A program made the translations under genes and the position numbers. From a bacterium (GTDB lineage Bacteria > Armatimonadota > JACIXR01), in the NCBI GenBank assembly GCA_014360465.1, contig JACIXQ010000003.1, forward strand, positions 1-63,660: 63,660 bases of DNA. The letters are read 5' to 3'. The notes beneath the pieces are model-generated. The model had not been told where the DNA came from. It made no database searches and was given only the letters and a program-made list of their open reading frames with translations. Shown here piece by piece: positions 1 to 9,696 of the stretch (position 1 is the first letter of the stretch; the number at the start of each line of letters is the position of its first letter).

Positions 1-336
1 AATAGCCTATTATCCCCTTTAACAGTAAAGGCACTGGGATTACCCAGGGTTGTTGGCGTCACCTTATTTTTCGGCATCTTGCGCAAGGAGCTTACCCTTT
101 TGCTTCTTGCCAATGCGTTGGGCACTATGCATATAAATATGGTTCTTACACAATCACAAATTCTCATATTCACGACTTTCGTCATTTTCTACATACCCTG
201 TGTTTCGTATCTCATAGTTATGTGGCGAGAATTCGGAAGCAAATACACCTTATTATCCGCTTCTCTCTCCCTTTTCGTTGCTACTCTCATAGGTTCATTA
301 CTTCGCATAATCAGTCGGATTTTATTGTGGCAATAA
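1..336 (+). CDS. feoB: Ferrous iron transporter FeoB, C-terminal part (runs off the window start)
   Basis: Frame 1 is open from base 1: NSLLSPLTVKALGLP..VGVTLFFGILRKELTL...FVIFYIPC..L...REFG, matching the FeoB gate and C-terminal motifs. Confidence 0.75.
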   Translation, partial: NSLLSPLTVKALGLPRVVGVTLFFGILRKELTLLLLANALGTMHINMVLTQSQILIFTTFVIFYIPCVSYLIVMWREFGSKYTLLSASLSLFVATLIGSLLRIISRILLWQ

Positions 337-341
337 ATCCT

Positions 342-385
342 TAAAAATGGGTGGTGGCGACCATATGGTGGTCGCCACCACCCAT
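342..385 (-). terminator. Intrinsic terminator ending the minus-strand superoperon after degP
   Basis: Perfect 17-bp inverted repeat (347-363 and 369-385) with a 5-nt loop, followed by TTTTT on the minus strand. It lies between convergent feoB and degP. Confidence 0.85.
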
Positions 386-406
386 AAAAGTTGTTTCAAT
401 CTGTTT

Positions 407-1828
407 TTAGAAGGTAACCGTAAACATATAAGTTGCGCTTCCTCTTTTGACCCATATATAAGCCCTTCCAAGTTTCTTAGCTTCCACTATAGCCTTATTG
501 AAATCCCCTACATTTTTTATGGATTTATCATTAATCTTGAAGATGATATCTCCCTGTCTGATGCCGGCAAGATGGTAGACGCTGGAAGCACTCACCTTAC
601 TAACAAGAACTCCTTCAACATCAGAAGGTAGGCGATAGCGTTCCCTAAGCTCCGGCGTAAGGTTCACCACTGTTATTTGCTCGGTTTCTTCCTTTTGAGC
701 AACCTCACTGCTCTCCTCATAAGAACCTATGGTAACGGGTATTCTTACCTCTTTCTTGTCTCTGATAACCGTCAGCGTAACCCTCGTTCCTGGATTAGTA
801 AGAGATATAGCCTCAACAAGGTCACCATCGTTATTGATTTCCTTATCACCTACACGAATTATGATGTCCCCTTCCTTCAAACCAGCCTTCTCAGCTGGTG
901 AATTAGGCTCCACTTGAACAACAATGGCTCCTTTCTTCGCACCGTAGATTTCCTCCATATCGGGAGTCACAGCTTGTATTCTTACACCAAGGTATCCTCT
1001 TGTCACCTTCCCTTTTTGCAGCTGGGGTAGAAGCTTCTTAGCCACATCTATAGGTATGGCAAAACCCACACCTACATTACCTGGGACTGGAGAGGCAATT
1101 GCGACATTTATTCCGATAACTTCCCCTTTAATGTTGACTAACGGTCCACCGCTATTACCAGGATTTAGCGCAGCGTCAGTTTGAATAAGATTGACATAGG
1201 ATTTCTCCTCCACAACCTGGCTTCTATTGAGAGCGGAGATTATTCCTACCGTCATACTTTGCCCCACACCGAAGGGATTACCGAAAGCGGCGACGATCTG
1301 CCCAACCTTGAGGTCGGAGGAAGAGCCCAAAACAGCTGGTTTTAGCGGTTCTTTGGGATTTTCTATCTTCACAAGTGCCAAATCGCTTCTTGGATCTCTG
1401 CCGATAACCTTCGCTTTATAAGAGCTTCCGCTATGGGTAATGACGGTGACCTCGTCAAACCCTTCTACCACATGAGCATTTGTAAGTATATGCCCAGAAG
1501 TGTCAACTATGAATCCAGAGCCGAGAGTGGTCCGCCTGTATACCTGTTCGCGAGGAAAACCGGGAAGCTCGAATTCTCGGAAAAACCTTCTGAAGAATGG
1601 GTCGCTTTCAAATTCTTCAAAAGGTGATGGGACCGAGACCTTTTCCGTCTTCTCCGCACTTATGTTGACAACCGACGGCTCTACCCTTCTCGCTATCTCC
1701 ACAAAACCTTTTTCTAAGTCCTCCAGAGAACTGGGGACCTGCGTCATAGTCTGAATCCTCATCGGGTAGAGGATCAAGAGAGAAAGAACCAAGGAAGCAG
1801 CAATAACCAGGGATAATCTCCTGCGCAT
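407..1828 (-). CDS. degP: DegP/HtrA (Do-family) serine protease with two PDZ domains
   Basis: Signal or anchor segment, TNAHVV, DLA and GNSGG catalytic motifs, and two PDZ-like repeats. Confidence 0.93.
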   Translation of the reverse strand: MRRRLSLVIAASLVLSLLILYPMRIQTMTQVPSSLEDLEKGFVEIARRVEPSVVNISAEKTEKVSVPSPFEEFESDPFFRRFFREFELPGFPREQVYRRTTLGSGFIVDTSGHILTNAHVVEGFDEVTVITHSGSSYKAKVIGRDPRSDLALVKIENPKEPLKPAVLGSSSDLKVGQIVAAFGNPFGVGQSMTVGIISALNRSQVVEEKSYVNLIQTDAALNPGNSGGPLVNIKGEVIGINVAIASPVPGNVGVGFAIPIDVAKKLLPQLQKGKVTRGYLGVRIQAVTPDMEEIYGAKKGAIVVQVEPNSPAEKAGLKEGDIIIRVGDKEINNDGDLVEAISLTNPGTRVTLTVIRDKKEVRIPVTIGSYEESSEVAQKEETEQITVVNLTPELRERYRLPSDVEGVLVSKVSASSVYHLAGIRQGDIIFKINDKSIKNVGDFNKAIVEAKKLGRAYIWVKRGSATYMFTVTF

Positions 1829-1831
1829 ATC

Positions 1832-2731
1832 TTATCGCACCTCCTGTGTTTTATTATGATTCTCTATTATAAATTTTAACACTTTTCGCAAAATTTTATC
1901 TTTTATGAATAGAGCACCATAATGTCCACACCACAACCATTTGATTTCCGGTTTCCCCATTGCTACCCATAAGCTATAGGAAGAATTGTACGGAATAACC
2001 AAATCAAGTCTACCATTCACCATTAGGACTTTCCGAGGAAGAATTAAATGTGCATATTTCAAAGGGTCAATCTCATCCAACTCCTCCAACTCTTCCTTTC
2101 TCCACTTGTAGGAGCGCAGCGAGAAAATAATGCTATGAGGGAGAAGTAAGGGTATATTGCCGCCTCCCAGAATGAACACACCAGTGGTGATCCTTTCATC
2201 CACCGCCATAGTTAAAACGCCAATTATCGCCCCAAGGCTCAAACCTATGACCGCTACTCTCTCATTTTCCCCACACCAGAAATCCAAAAAAGATCTTGCA
2301 TCAGCAACACTCTGAATGGTGGATTCCTTCAACAATTTGGGAGAAGCGGTAAATCCCCACCCATTTCTTAGACCTTTTGGGCAACGCTCAAGATGAAAAG
2401 GCAAAACTATCGCAGCCCCCTCATAACCTAATTGGGCAAACCTCCGGCAAATTTCCTTTTCTATATCTAAGTTTTTTGTCCCCAAGGTATGAAAGACGAG
2501 AACCTTCCCACGGGGATTTGGGGGAGAAAAAAGGTAAACAATAACCCGGTTATTCTCCTCCCAAATGGTTTGGTACGGACTTTCAAACGATAATTTATAA
2601 ATTGTAAAATTCCTCCTTTGTTCCATAACTTGAATATCCATTGTTCCTTTTTCACCGTTATAGTGAAATGGATTGCTATTCACAAAAATAGACGCAAATA
2701 GGAGAGAAAAAGTTTTAAAAATCAGCAGCAT
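1832..2731 (-). CDS. Alpha/beta-fold hydrolase, probably secreted
   Basis: GLSLG nucleophile elbow, LDLVIP (Asp) and GHYG (His); hydrophobic N-terminus. Confidence 0.75.
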   Translation of the reverse strand: MLLIFKTFSLLFASIFVNSNPFHYNGEKGTMDIQVMEQRRNFTIYKLSFESPYQTIWEENNRVIVYLFSPPNPRGKVLVFHTLGTKNLDIEKEICRRFAQLGYEGAAIVLPFHLERCPKGLRNGWGFTASPKLLKESTIQSVADARSFLDFWCGENERVAVIGLSLGAIIGVLTMAVDERITTGVFILGGGNIPLLLPHSIIFSLRSYKWRKEELEELDEIDPLKYAHLILPRKVLMVNGRLDLVIPYNSSYSLWVAMGKPEIKWLWCGHYGALFIKDKILRKVLKFIIENHNKTQEVR

Positions 2732-2744
2732 TCAATGAAAAATG

Positions 2745-3491
2745 TTATAGCCTTCTTGCCCCTGCTAATATCCTGCGCCATTTTTCATCGTAGATACTAT
2801 CAATACTCACCCCACCCTTTGAACGCGCAGAGTGAATGAATAGACCATTTCCAAGGTAAATTCCCGTATGGTCTATCCTGCCGTGATTCCCGATGAAGTA
2901 TAATCTATCCCCTATTTCAAGTTTATCAAGTGGGACGGAAATACCCACTTTTGCTTGTTGTTCAGCAGAACGAGGAAGCCTTATACCATTCATAGAAAAA
3001 ACCTTTTGGACGAATCCCGAGCAATCCATTCCACGGGAAGTAACTCCTCCCCACCTATAGGGGACGCCAAGGAAACCCAAAGCTGTCTGTACTATCTTCT
3101 CTTGAAAAGACAAGCTTCTATTTGTTGTAGTAGATGGATTGAAATTGGTGGTAACATATAGGATGATGTTGCTGACATTAGGGATACTTTTGGTATTTTT
3201 CTTTTCAATCCAACCCAGGGAGCCATCTATCATTATAATACCCAGCCAATCTCCTCTTTCCTCTTTTACCGCGAGATACATATCCTTTGGACATCTATAG
3301 TAAAGGGTTGAACGTGTAGAGGGAGCAGAATACACTCCTGCTCCCTCCTTGATAACAGAAACGACCCATATTTTCTGGTAGTTAGCCTTCTCTTCGTTTG
3401 CTTGAGGAAGCGTAAGGTTTATAACTAACCTCTCGGCGAAAGAAAGACTGGAAAACATCCAGAAAAGGAAAAGTACAACAACTTTCCACAG
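2745..3491 (-). CDS. SH3-like plus NlpC/P60 peptidoglycan endopeptidase (start uncertain: CTG 3491 or ATG 3458)
   Basis: PYRWGG, DCSG, HTG and HS catalytic motifs; SH3b-like segment (GDWLGIIMIDGSLGWI). The ORF-track start at 3587 lies inside rpsI. Confidence 0.85.
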   Translation of the reverse strand: MWKVVVLFLFWMFSSLSFAERLVINLTLPQANEEKANYQKIWVVSVIKEGAGVYSAPSTRSTLYYRCPKDMYLAVKEERGDWLGIIMIDGSLGWIEKKNTKSIPNVSNIILYVTTNFNPSTTTNRSLSFQEKIVQTALGFLGVPYRWGGVTSRGMDCSGFVQKVFSMNGIRLPRSAEQQAKVGISVPLDKLEIGDRLYFIGNHGRIDHTGIYLGNGLFIHSARSKGGVSIDSIYDEKWRRILAGARRL

Positions 3492-3492
3492 T

Positions 3493-3900
3493 TTAGCGCT
3501 TGGAATATTGGAAACCGCGGCGTGCTCTGTGACGCCCATATTTTTTACGCTCCTTAACACGCGGGTCTCTTGTAAGAAGTCCCGCATCCTTGAGAGGAGC
3601 TCGAAAAGAAGGATTCACTTTGAGCAAAGCCCGCGCTATGCCGTGTCTGACAGCAGCAACCTGAGCGGAAATACCACTGCCCTCCACTTTGGCTACAACC
3701 CCAAATTTTTCTAAAGTATTTGTCAATACAAGTGGTTGTTTAATCACCATCCCCAACACAGTTCTACCGCCAATAAATTCCTCCAAAGGTTTATCATTTA
3801 TGATGATTTTCCCACCTGCCTCGGGGATCAACCACACCTTTGCCGTGGCAGTTTTTCTATGTCCGGTAGCATAATAGTCCATCAAAAGCTTCTGTTCCAT
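3493..3900 (-). CDS. rpsI: 30S ribosomal protein S9
   Basis: ATGHRKTATA; LLTRDPRVKERKKYG...QYSKR. Confidence 0.98.
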   Translation of the reverse strand: MEQKLLMDYYATGHRKTATAKVWLIPEAGGKIIINDKPLEEFIGGRTVLGMVIKQPLVLTNTLEKFGVVAKVEGSGISAQVAAVRHGIARALLKVNPSFRAPLKDAGLLTRDPRVKERKKYGRHRARRGFQYSKR

Positions 3901-3904
3901 TGCT

Positions 3905-4345
3905 TTAGATACCTCCTGCTAAATTTATTGGCTGGGGATTCTGCGCAGCATGGGGATGCTCGCTTCCCCGATAAATCCTCAAACCTCTCAATCTCTTATC
4001 CCTTAAACGATTTTTCGGAAGCATTCCTTTAACTGCAAGATAAAGCACTTTTTCCGGTTCTTCTTCAAGCATTTTCCTTAAGGATTTAGACTTTAAACCA
4101 CCCAGATATCCTGTATGCCAGTGATAACTCTTTTTATCCAATTTCTTCCCGGTAACCTTTATTTTTTCCGCGTTTATGACTATGACCCTATCACCCACAT
4201 CAACATTCGGCGCATAAATTGGCTTGTGTTTGCCTATCAGAAGACGAGCGATGAAAGTAGCCAGGCGCCCAAGGGTTTGCCCTTGAGCATCTATGAGATA
4301 CCATTTTCTCTCTATTTCCTCTTCTTTCGGCAAGTATGTTCGCAT
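3905..4345 (-). CDS. rplM: 50S ribosomal protein L13
   Basis: WYLIDA.GQTLGRLA; HKPIYAP..DVGD. Confidence 0.98.
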   Translation of the reverse strand: MRTYLPKEEEIERKWYLIDAQGQTLGRLATFIARLLIGKHKPIYAPNVDVGDRVIVINAEKIKVTGKKLDKKSYHWHTGYLGGLKSKSLRKMLEEEPEKVLYLAVKGMLPKNRLRDKRLRGLRIYRGSEHPHAAQNPQPINLAGGI

Positions 4346-4348
4346 CTT

Positions 4349-5095
4349 CTATTCCTCCTTAAAAAGAGAACTATCATATTTTACCTTCCACAGGTATAGT
4401 CCTTGAGGTTCAGCGAGAATACTCTTGAAATCGTATTTACCGTTAAATATTTCATTCATCACGGATTTAGGAAGCTTTTGGCTTCCAATTTGGAGGAGAT
4501 ACCCGATAATGCTTCTTACCATACCCTTGAGAAAAGCGTTAGCTTCCAGGGTAAAAATAATTATATTCTTTTTTCGCCTTATGTCAAGTAATTGGAGGCG
4601 CCTTATCGTTTTTCCTTTTTCTGGAGAAAAGGGTGAAAAATCATGTTCCCCCACTAACTTCTCTCCTGCTTCTCTCATCAAATACAAATCCAATGATTCG
4701 GGATATATCAAGGCATAGCGAGCTACAAAGGGAGAGATTATATTTTTATTGTACACGATATATTTATATGTTCTACTAATAGCGGAAAAGCGAGCGTGAA
4801 AACCAGGCTTTCCTTCTTTAGCCCAAATGACACGAATGTCTCTTGGTAATCGGTCATTGAGAATATAGGGAAAGCGTTGGACAGGTATAGAAGAACCGGT
4901 TAAAAAATTAACAACCTGTCCCTTTGCGTGTACTCCGGCATCTGTTCTTGATGCGCCCTTTATTCTTACATCCTCTTTCAAGACGCTCATCAACTTATCT
5001 TCTATTTCACCCTGAATGGTGGGAAGATTTTTCTGACGCTGAAAACCAGCATAATTTGTACCATCATAACATATTCCAAGAACGATATTTCTCAT
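4349..5095 (-). CDS. truA: tRNA pseudouridine(38-40) synthase TruA
   Basis: YDGTNYAGFQRQ; SRTDAGVHAKGQV; FHARFSA; FLKGMVR. Confidence 0.95.
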   Translation of the reverse strand: MRNIVLGICYDGTNYAGFQRQKNLPTIQGEIEDKLMSVLKEDVRIKGASRTDAGVHAKGQVVNFLTGSSIPVQRFPYILNDRLPRDIRVIWAKEGKPGFHARFSAISRTYKYIVYNKNIISPFVARYALIYPESLDLYLMREAGEKLVGEHDFSPFSPEKGKTIRRLQLLDIRRKKNIIIFTLEANAFLKGMVRSIIGYLLQIGSQKLPKSVMNEIFNGKYDFKSILAEPQGLYLWKVKYDSSLFKEE

Positions 5096-5110
5096 ACATA
5101 GGATTTTCCC

Positions 5111-5464
5111 TCAAGTAATAAGGGAGATAAGAGCCATTTCGGCTCGGTCTCCCCTTCTGTAACCCAACCTGATTATTCGTACATACCCACCTTGTCTTTC
5201 GCTGAATTGAGGGGCTATTTCCTCAAATAATCGCTTGACCAAGGTTTCATTTTGCAATATGCGGAAGGCACGTCTTCTTGCATAAAGCGTATCTTCCTTA
5301 GCCAGGGTTATTAACTTCTCCAAAATCCTTCTCGCTTCTTTAGCCCTTGCCAGGGTAGTTTCAATTTGCCCCCTGGCAATAACTTCCTTGGCGAGTGAAC
5401 GAAGGATTGCCAACCTCTGGTCAGTGGGTTTTGATAATTTTTTATGACCTATCTTATGCTTCAT
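5111..5464 (-). CDS. rplQ: 50S ribosomal protein L17
   Basis: MKHKIGHKKLS; IETTLARAKE; RQGGYVRI..RRGD.AEMA. Confidence 0.98.
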   Translation of the reverse strand: MKHKIGHKKLSKPTDQRLAILRSLAKEVIARGQIETTLARAKEARRILEKLITLAKEDTLYARRRAFRILQNETLVKRLFEEIAPQFSERQGGYVRIIRLGYRRGDRAEMALISLIT

Positions 5465-5467
5465 CGC

Positions 5468-6505
5468 TTATTCCTCCTCACTGGCAAGTGATAAACCCAT
5501 TTTGTTCAAAGTTTCCTTCACTTGTTCCAAGCTTTTTCTGCCAAGGTTACGCAGGGATAAAAGTTTCTTTTCTGTGCAGCGAAGAAGGTCCCTCAACTTC
5601 GTTATACCCTCGCTGGAAAGGGCGTGCACAGCCCTGCTGGGAAAGCCCAAATCCTCCAAAGAGGAATCGAGAAGATCTTCATCTATGCCCAATGGATCAT
5701 TCTCGGCTTCCTCAGAAACAGAAACGGTTGATACATCCTCCTTCTTCTCACTAAGAGGGACTATCTGGAAGTAACTCGAGAGGATAGAAATAGCTTTAAG
5801 CAATGCATCAGAAGGAGAAATAGCTCCATTGGTCATTATCTCAATAGTTAACCTCTCCAGATTTAATCTTTCGCGCAAAGAGGTTTTAGTGGCAAGCTGA
5901 CCGAGATAGCGCTGACCTTCATTCCATCCAGTAAAGTGATAATTTTCCACATAATAAGCAACTTTCCTTATCGGAGTAAAAATGGCAGTCAGAGGCAAAA
6001 ATCCAATTTGCGATTTGCTTTCCCTCGTGCTGGCTAATTGAAAACCTTTGCCCATCTCCACCTTCATCTCTATGCGAAGCTTTGCATCAGGTTCGGTCAA
6101 GGTGGCTATATGGTGCTCAGGATTAGCGATTTCCAATTCCGGTGGAGTTTTTATATCTGCCGCCACCACCTCACCTTCGCCCTGAACATCAAGGAGCATA
6201 GAGAGCGCTCCCGAGAAGGGACGAATAGGTTTTAAAGCTACTTCCTTCAGATTAAGAAGTATAACCGTAACATCCTCGAGGACATTCGGTATTGTGCTGA
6301 GGGGGTGATAAACTCCCTCTATTCTGGCTTCCGTGATAGCAGCACCTTCTATTTGGGAAAGGAGAACCCTCCTTAAAGCCGATCCAATCGTATGCCCAAC
6401 ACCGGGTTCCAGGGGATAAATGAAGAACTTCCCCTCTTTTTTCTCATCCCTGAAAACAACGATTCTGGGATTCTCCTCCTCTTTTCTCGTGATAGGTAAT
6501 GCCAT
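5468..6505 (-). CDS. rpoA: RNA polymerase alpha subunit (divergent, with a ~19-aa insertion)
   Basis: GHTIGSALRRVLLS; IPNVLEDV..ILLNLK; alpha-CTD NLGRKSL; lies between rpsD and rplQ. Confidence 0.97.
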   Translation of the reverse strand: MALPITRKEEENPRIVVFRDEKKEGKFFIYPLEPGVGHTIGSALRRVLLSQIEGAAITEARIEGVYHPLSTIPNVLEDVTVILLNLKEVALKPIRPFSGALSMLLDVQGEGEVVAADIKTPPELEIANPEHHIATLTEPDAKLRIEMKVEMGKGFQLASTRESKSQIGFLPLTAIFTPIRKVAYYVENYHFTGWNEGQRYLGQLATKTSLRERLNLERLTIEIMTNGAISPSDALLKAISILSSYFQIVPLSEKKEDVSTVSVSEEAENDPLGIDEDLLDSSLEDLGFPSRAVHALSSEGITKLRDLLRCTEKKLLSLRNLGRKSLEQVKETLNKMGLSLASEEE

Positions 6506-6524
6506 TAATTCAACACCTCCATTT

Positions 6525-7148
6525 TCACCGAGAGTAAAACTCCACTATCAATTGCTCATTCAAAGGAACCTCTATCATCCCCGGTTCAGGCAAACCGACC
6601 ACACGTCCTTCCAATTTGTTCTCATCAAGTTCCAACCAAGAAGGGCATCTACCTCCCTTCTTAGCTACCTCTTCCTTAACCATCGGGACAACAGGAGAGT
6701 CAGGCTTGACTCTTATTACATCACCTATTTCCACCTCATAATTTGGAATATCAACAACCTTATCGTTTACCATAATATGACCATGGGTAACTAACTGACG
6801 AGCATGTTTTCTTGAGGAAGCAAAGCCCAGCCTAAACACCACGGAATCAAGACGTCTTTCCAATAAAATGAGGAGATTTTCACCAGTCCTACCCGGCAAC
6901 TTTTCTGCCCTATCTACATATCTTCTGAATTGAGTTTCCGTTAACCAATAAATCCTCTTTGCCTTCTGCTTTTCCCTAAACCTTAGCCCATAATCCTTTA
7001 ATTTGGGTGGGCGAGTTTGTCCGTGCATCCCCGGGGGATAGTTCCTTTTTTCAAGGGAGCATTTAGTATAACATCTCTCTCCCTTGAGGAAGAGTTTCAT
7101 ACCCTCTCTTCTACACAATCTACATCTTGGTCCTGTATATAAACTCAT
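6525..7148 (-). CDS. rpsD: 30S ribosomal protein S4 (zinc-type)
   Basis: CRLCRREG; LERRLDSVVFRLGFA.SR..ARQLV.HGH. Confidence 0.98.
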   Translation of the reverse strand: MSLYTGPRCRLCRREGMKLFLKGERCYTKCSLEKRNYPPGMHGQTRPPKLKDYGLRFREKQKAKRIYWLTETQFRRYVDRAEKLPGRTGENLLILLERRLDSVVFRLGFASSRKHARQLVTHGHIMVNDKVVDIPNYEVEIGDVIRVKPDSPVVPMVKEEVAKKGGRCPSWLELDENKLEGRVVGLPEPGMIEVPLNEQLIVEFYSR

Positions 7149-7159
7149 TTTTAATCACC

Positions 7160-7543
7160 TCACACTCTTCTTCTTTTCGGTGGGCGGCAACCGTTGTGGG
7201 GAACAGGAGTAACATCCTTGATGGTGTTTATCTCCAATCCTGCTGCTTGAAGAGCCCTGATCGCAGTTTCCCTACCTTGTCCTGTGCCTTTAACCATCAC
7301 ATCAACTCTCCTTACCCCCATCTCCATTGCCTTTTTAGCCACAGCGTCCGCAGCCAGCTGAGCAGCATAAGGAGTGCCTTTCCTCGTTCCCTTGAGACCA
7401 ACAGTGCCTCCACTTGCCCAACAAAGGACATTACCCTCTTGGTCTGTTATGGAAATTATAGTATTATTGAATGTTGCCTTAATATGAGCTACAGCGTGGG
7501 ATACTGCTCTTCTTTCCTTTCTTTTAACTTTCTTCTTCGCCAT
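7160..7543 (-). CDS. rpsK: 30S ribosomal protein S11
   Basis: [12 protein letters not shown]; KGTPYAAQ; [14 protein letters not shown]. Confidence 0.98.
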   Translation of the reverse strand: MAKKKVKRKERRAVSHAVAHIKATFNNTIISITDQEGNVLCWASGGTVGLKGTRKGTPYAAQLAADAVAKKAMEMGVRRVDVMVKGTGQGRETAIRALQAAGLEINTIKDVTPVPHNGCRPPKRRRV

Positions 7544-7561
7544 TATCTATAGACCTCCTAT

Positions 7562-7927
7562 TTATTTCCTCGCTCCAATGCGAGCGCGTGGACCTTTCCT
7601 CGTACGAGCATTCGTACGCGTTCTCTGACCTCTAACGGGCAAACCCATCTTGTGCCTTAAGCCACGGTAACACCCTATTTCTATCAACCTTCGGATATTG
7701 CCAGCGACTTCCCTTCTTAAATCACCCTCCACTTTGTAACGTGTTTCAATTATATTGTTGAGCCTGGCAACTTCCTCATCCAGCAGGTCTCTAACTTTGA
7801 CATTAGGGTCTATACCCGCTTCTTCTAATATCTTCTTGCTTAGAGACCTACCTATACCGTAAATATAGGTAAGAGCTATCCAGATATTTTTATCCTTCGG
7901 CAAATCAACACCAGCTATACGCGCCAT
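7562..7927 (-). CDS. rpsM: 30S ribosomal protein S13
   Basis: [10 protein letters not shown]; [24 protein letters not shown]. Confidence 0.98.
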   Translation of the reverse strand: MARIAGVDLPKDKNIWIALTYIYGIGRSLSKKILEEAGIDPNVKVRDLLDEEVARLNNIIETRYKVEGDLRREVAGNIRRLIEIGCYRGLRHKMGLPVRGQRTRTNARTRKGPRARIGARK

Positions 7928-7933
7928 TCTTTA

Positions 7934-8050
7934 TCACCTTCCCTGTCTTTGTTTGTGTTTGGGGTTAGAGCAGATTACTCTTACTCTACCCTTCCGTCTT
8001 ATAATCTTACATTTGTCGCATATTTTCTTAACCGATGGACGCACTTTCAT
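7934..8050 (-). CDS. rpmJ: 50S ribosomal protein L36 (not in the ORF track)
   Basis: Hand translation gives [38 protein letters not shown]. Confidence 0.98.
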   Translation of the reverse strand: MKVRPSVKKICDKCKIIRRKGRVRVICSNPKHKQRQGR

Positions 8051-8060
8051 TTTTTTCACC

Positions 8061-8288
8061 TCACTTATACCTATAAAGTATCCGACCTTGCAAAGGGTCA
8101 TAAGGTGAAATCTCTACCTTAACCCTGTCGCCGGGGAGTATTTTGATGTAGTGAAGGCGCATCTTGCCCGATGCGTGGGCAGTGATTACCAAGTTATTAT
8201 CAAGTTTAACACGAAAAGCAGCATTTGGCAACGCCTCCACCACTACTCCTTCTACTTCAATAGTCTCCTTCTTCAATTTTTCTCCCAC
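8061..8288 (-). CDS. infA: Translation initiation factor IF-1
   Basis: [19 protein letters not shown]; [21 protein letters not shown]. Confidence 0.97.
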   Translation of the reverse strand: MGEKLKKETIEVEGVVVEALPNAAFRVKLDNNLVITAHASGKMRLHYIKILPGDRVKVEISPYDPLQGRILYRYK

Positions 8289-9040
8289 CTCCTTGTTAAA
8301 ACGAGAGGCTCACCATCAGTAATAGCAATAGTATGCTCAAAGTGAGCTGATAAGCTACCATCTGAAGTCTTAATAGTCCAACCATCGGAAGCTGTGAACA
8401 CTTCTTCACCTCCCATATTTACCATTGGTTCAATAGCTAATGTCATTCCTTTTACCAAAGCGATGCCCTTCCCCTTCCTTCCATAATTCGGCACGGGAGG
8501 GTCTTCCCATAATTGCCTTCCTATACCGTGCCCAGTCAAAGCTTTCACAACAGAGAACCCCCTTTCCTCAACGAACTTCTGAATAGTATAGCCTATATCC
8601 CCTATCCTTGCCCCTTCTCTCGCCACTTTTATTCCCATCTCCAATGCTTCTCTTGTAGTATTGATAAGCCTTAAAACCTTGTCATTCACAACCTCTCCAC
8701 CGACTATTAGAGTTCTGGCGGAATCGGTATGTAAACCATCCACTTCCACACCCACATCTATTTTTAGCAAATCACCTTCTCTAAGTATCCTCTTTTCGGA
8801 GGGAATCCCATGAACGACTTCATCGTTTAAGGAAGTGCAAATGGAAGCCGGAAAACCGTTGAATCCCTTAAAAGAAGGTTTCGCCCCATATGAGGTTATT
8901 ACCTGCTCGGCAATAGCGTCCAATTCCTTCGTGGATATACCCGGCTTAGCAGCTTCCTCAAGTATATCCAATACACAAGCGAGAATTTCTCCGGCTTTGC
9001 GCATCTTCTCTATCTCTTCGGGAGTCTTAATTCTTATCAT
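8273..9040 (-). CDS. map: Methionine aminopeptidase, type I
   Basis: [11 protein letters not shown]; DSART; GHGIG; IEPMVN; SAHFEHTI. Confidence 0.97.
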   Translation of the reverse strand: MIRIKTPEEIEKMRKAGEILACVLDILEEAAKPGISTKELDAIAEQVITSYGAKPSFKGFNGFPASICTSLNDEVVHGIPSEKRILREGDLLKIDVGVEVDGLHTDSARTLIVGGEVVNDKVLRLINTTREALEMGIKVAREGARIGDIGYTIQKFVEERGFSVVKALTGHGIGRQLWEDPPVPNYGRKGKGIALVKGMTLAIEPMVNMGGEEVFTASDGWTIKTSDGSLSAHFEHTIAITDGEPLVLTRRWEKN

Positions 9041-9677
9041 CTTTTAGCAACTTCATTATTTCCGCCACCGATTGTTCCAAGGGAACTTCACAATTCACAT
9101 CCACAAGCAGTCCCTTGTCTTTATAATAGCGGATTAAAGGTTCGGTTTGTTGATGGTACACAGCCAACCGATGCCTTATGGCTTCTGGCTTGTCATCTTC
9201 CCTCTGATAGAGCTCTCCTCCGCAGTAATCGCAAACTCCTTCAACCTTCGGCGGCATATTCACGATATGAAAGATTGCTCCACAATTTCTGCATATTCTC
9301 CTGCCAGATAACCTTCTTATAATATCATCCTCGCTAACCACGAGATTTACCACCTTTTTTAGAGGAAGAGACAATTCTTTCAGAATACTATCAAGAGCTT
9401 CGGCTTGCTGTAAAGTGCGAGGATAACCATCAAGGATAAAGCCATTTCGGCAATCTTCCTGGGATAATCTTCTTCTTACTATTTGATTTACCAACTCGTC
9501 GGGCACAAGTTCGCCCTTCTCAACATACCTCTTGACTTCCAAGCCGAGGGCGCTATTCTTTGACATCTCTTCTCGGAATATATCGCCTGTTGAAATATGC
9601 GGAATACCTAAGAGAACTGATAACCTCTTCGCATGTGTTCCTTTACCTGCTCCAGGTGCTCCTAAGAGAATTAGCAT
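9027..9677 (-). CDS. adk: Adenylate kinase (zinc lid)
   Basis: GAPGAGKGT; ISTGDIFR; LDGYPRT; CRNC...CDYC lid. Confidence 0.98.
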   Translation of the reverse strand: MLILLGAPGAGKGTHAKRLSVLLGIPHISTGDIFREEMSKNSALGLEVKRYVEKGELVPDELVNQIVRRRLSQEDCRNGFILDGYPRTLQQAEALDSILKELSLPLKKVVNLVVSEDDIIRRLSGRRICRNCGAIFHIVNMPPKVEGVCDYCGGELYQREDDKPEAIRHRLAVYHQQTEPLIRYYKDKGLLVDVNCEVPLEQSVAEIMKLLKDDKN

Positions 9678-9696
9678 CTATTATCCCCCTTTCTTT

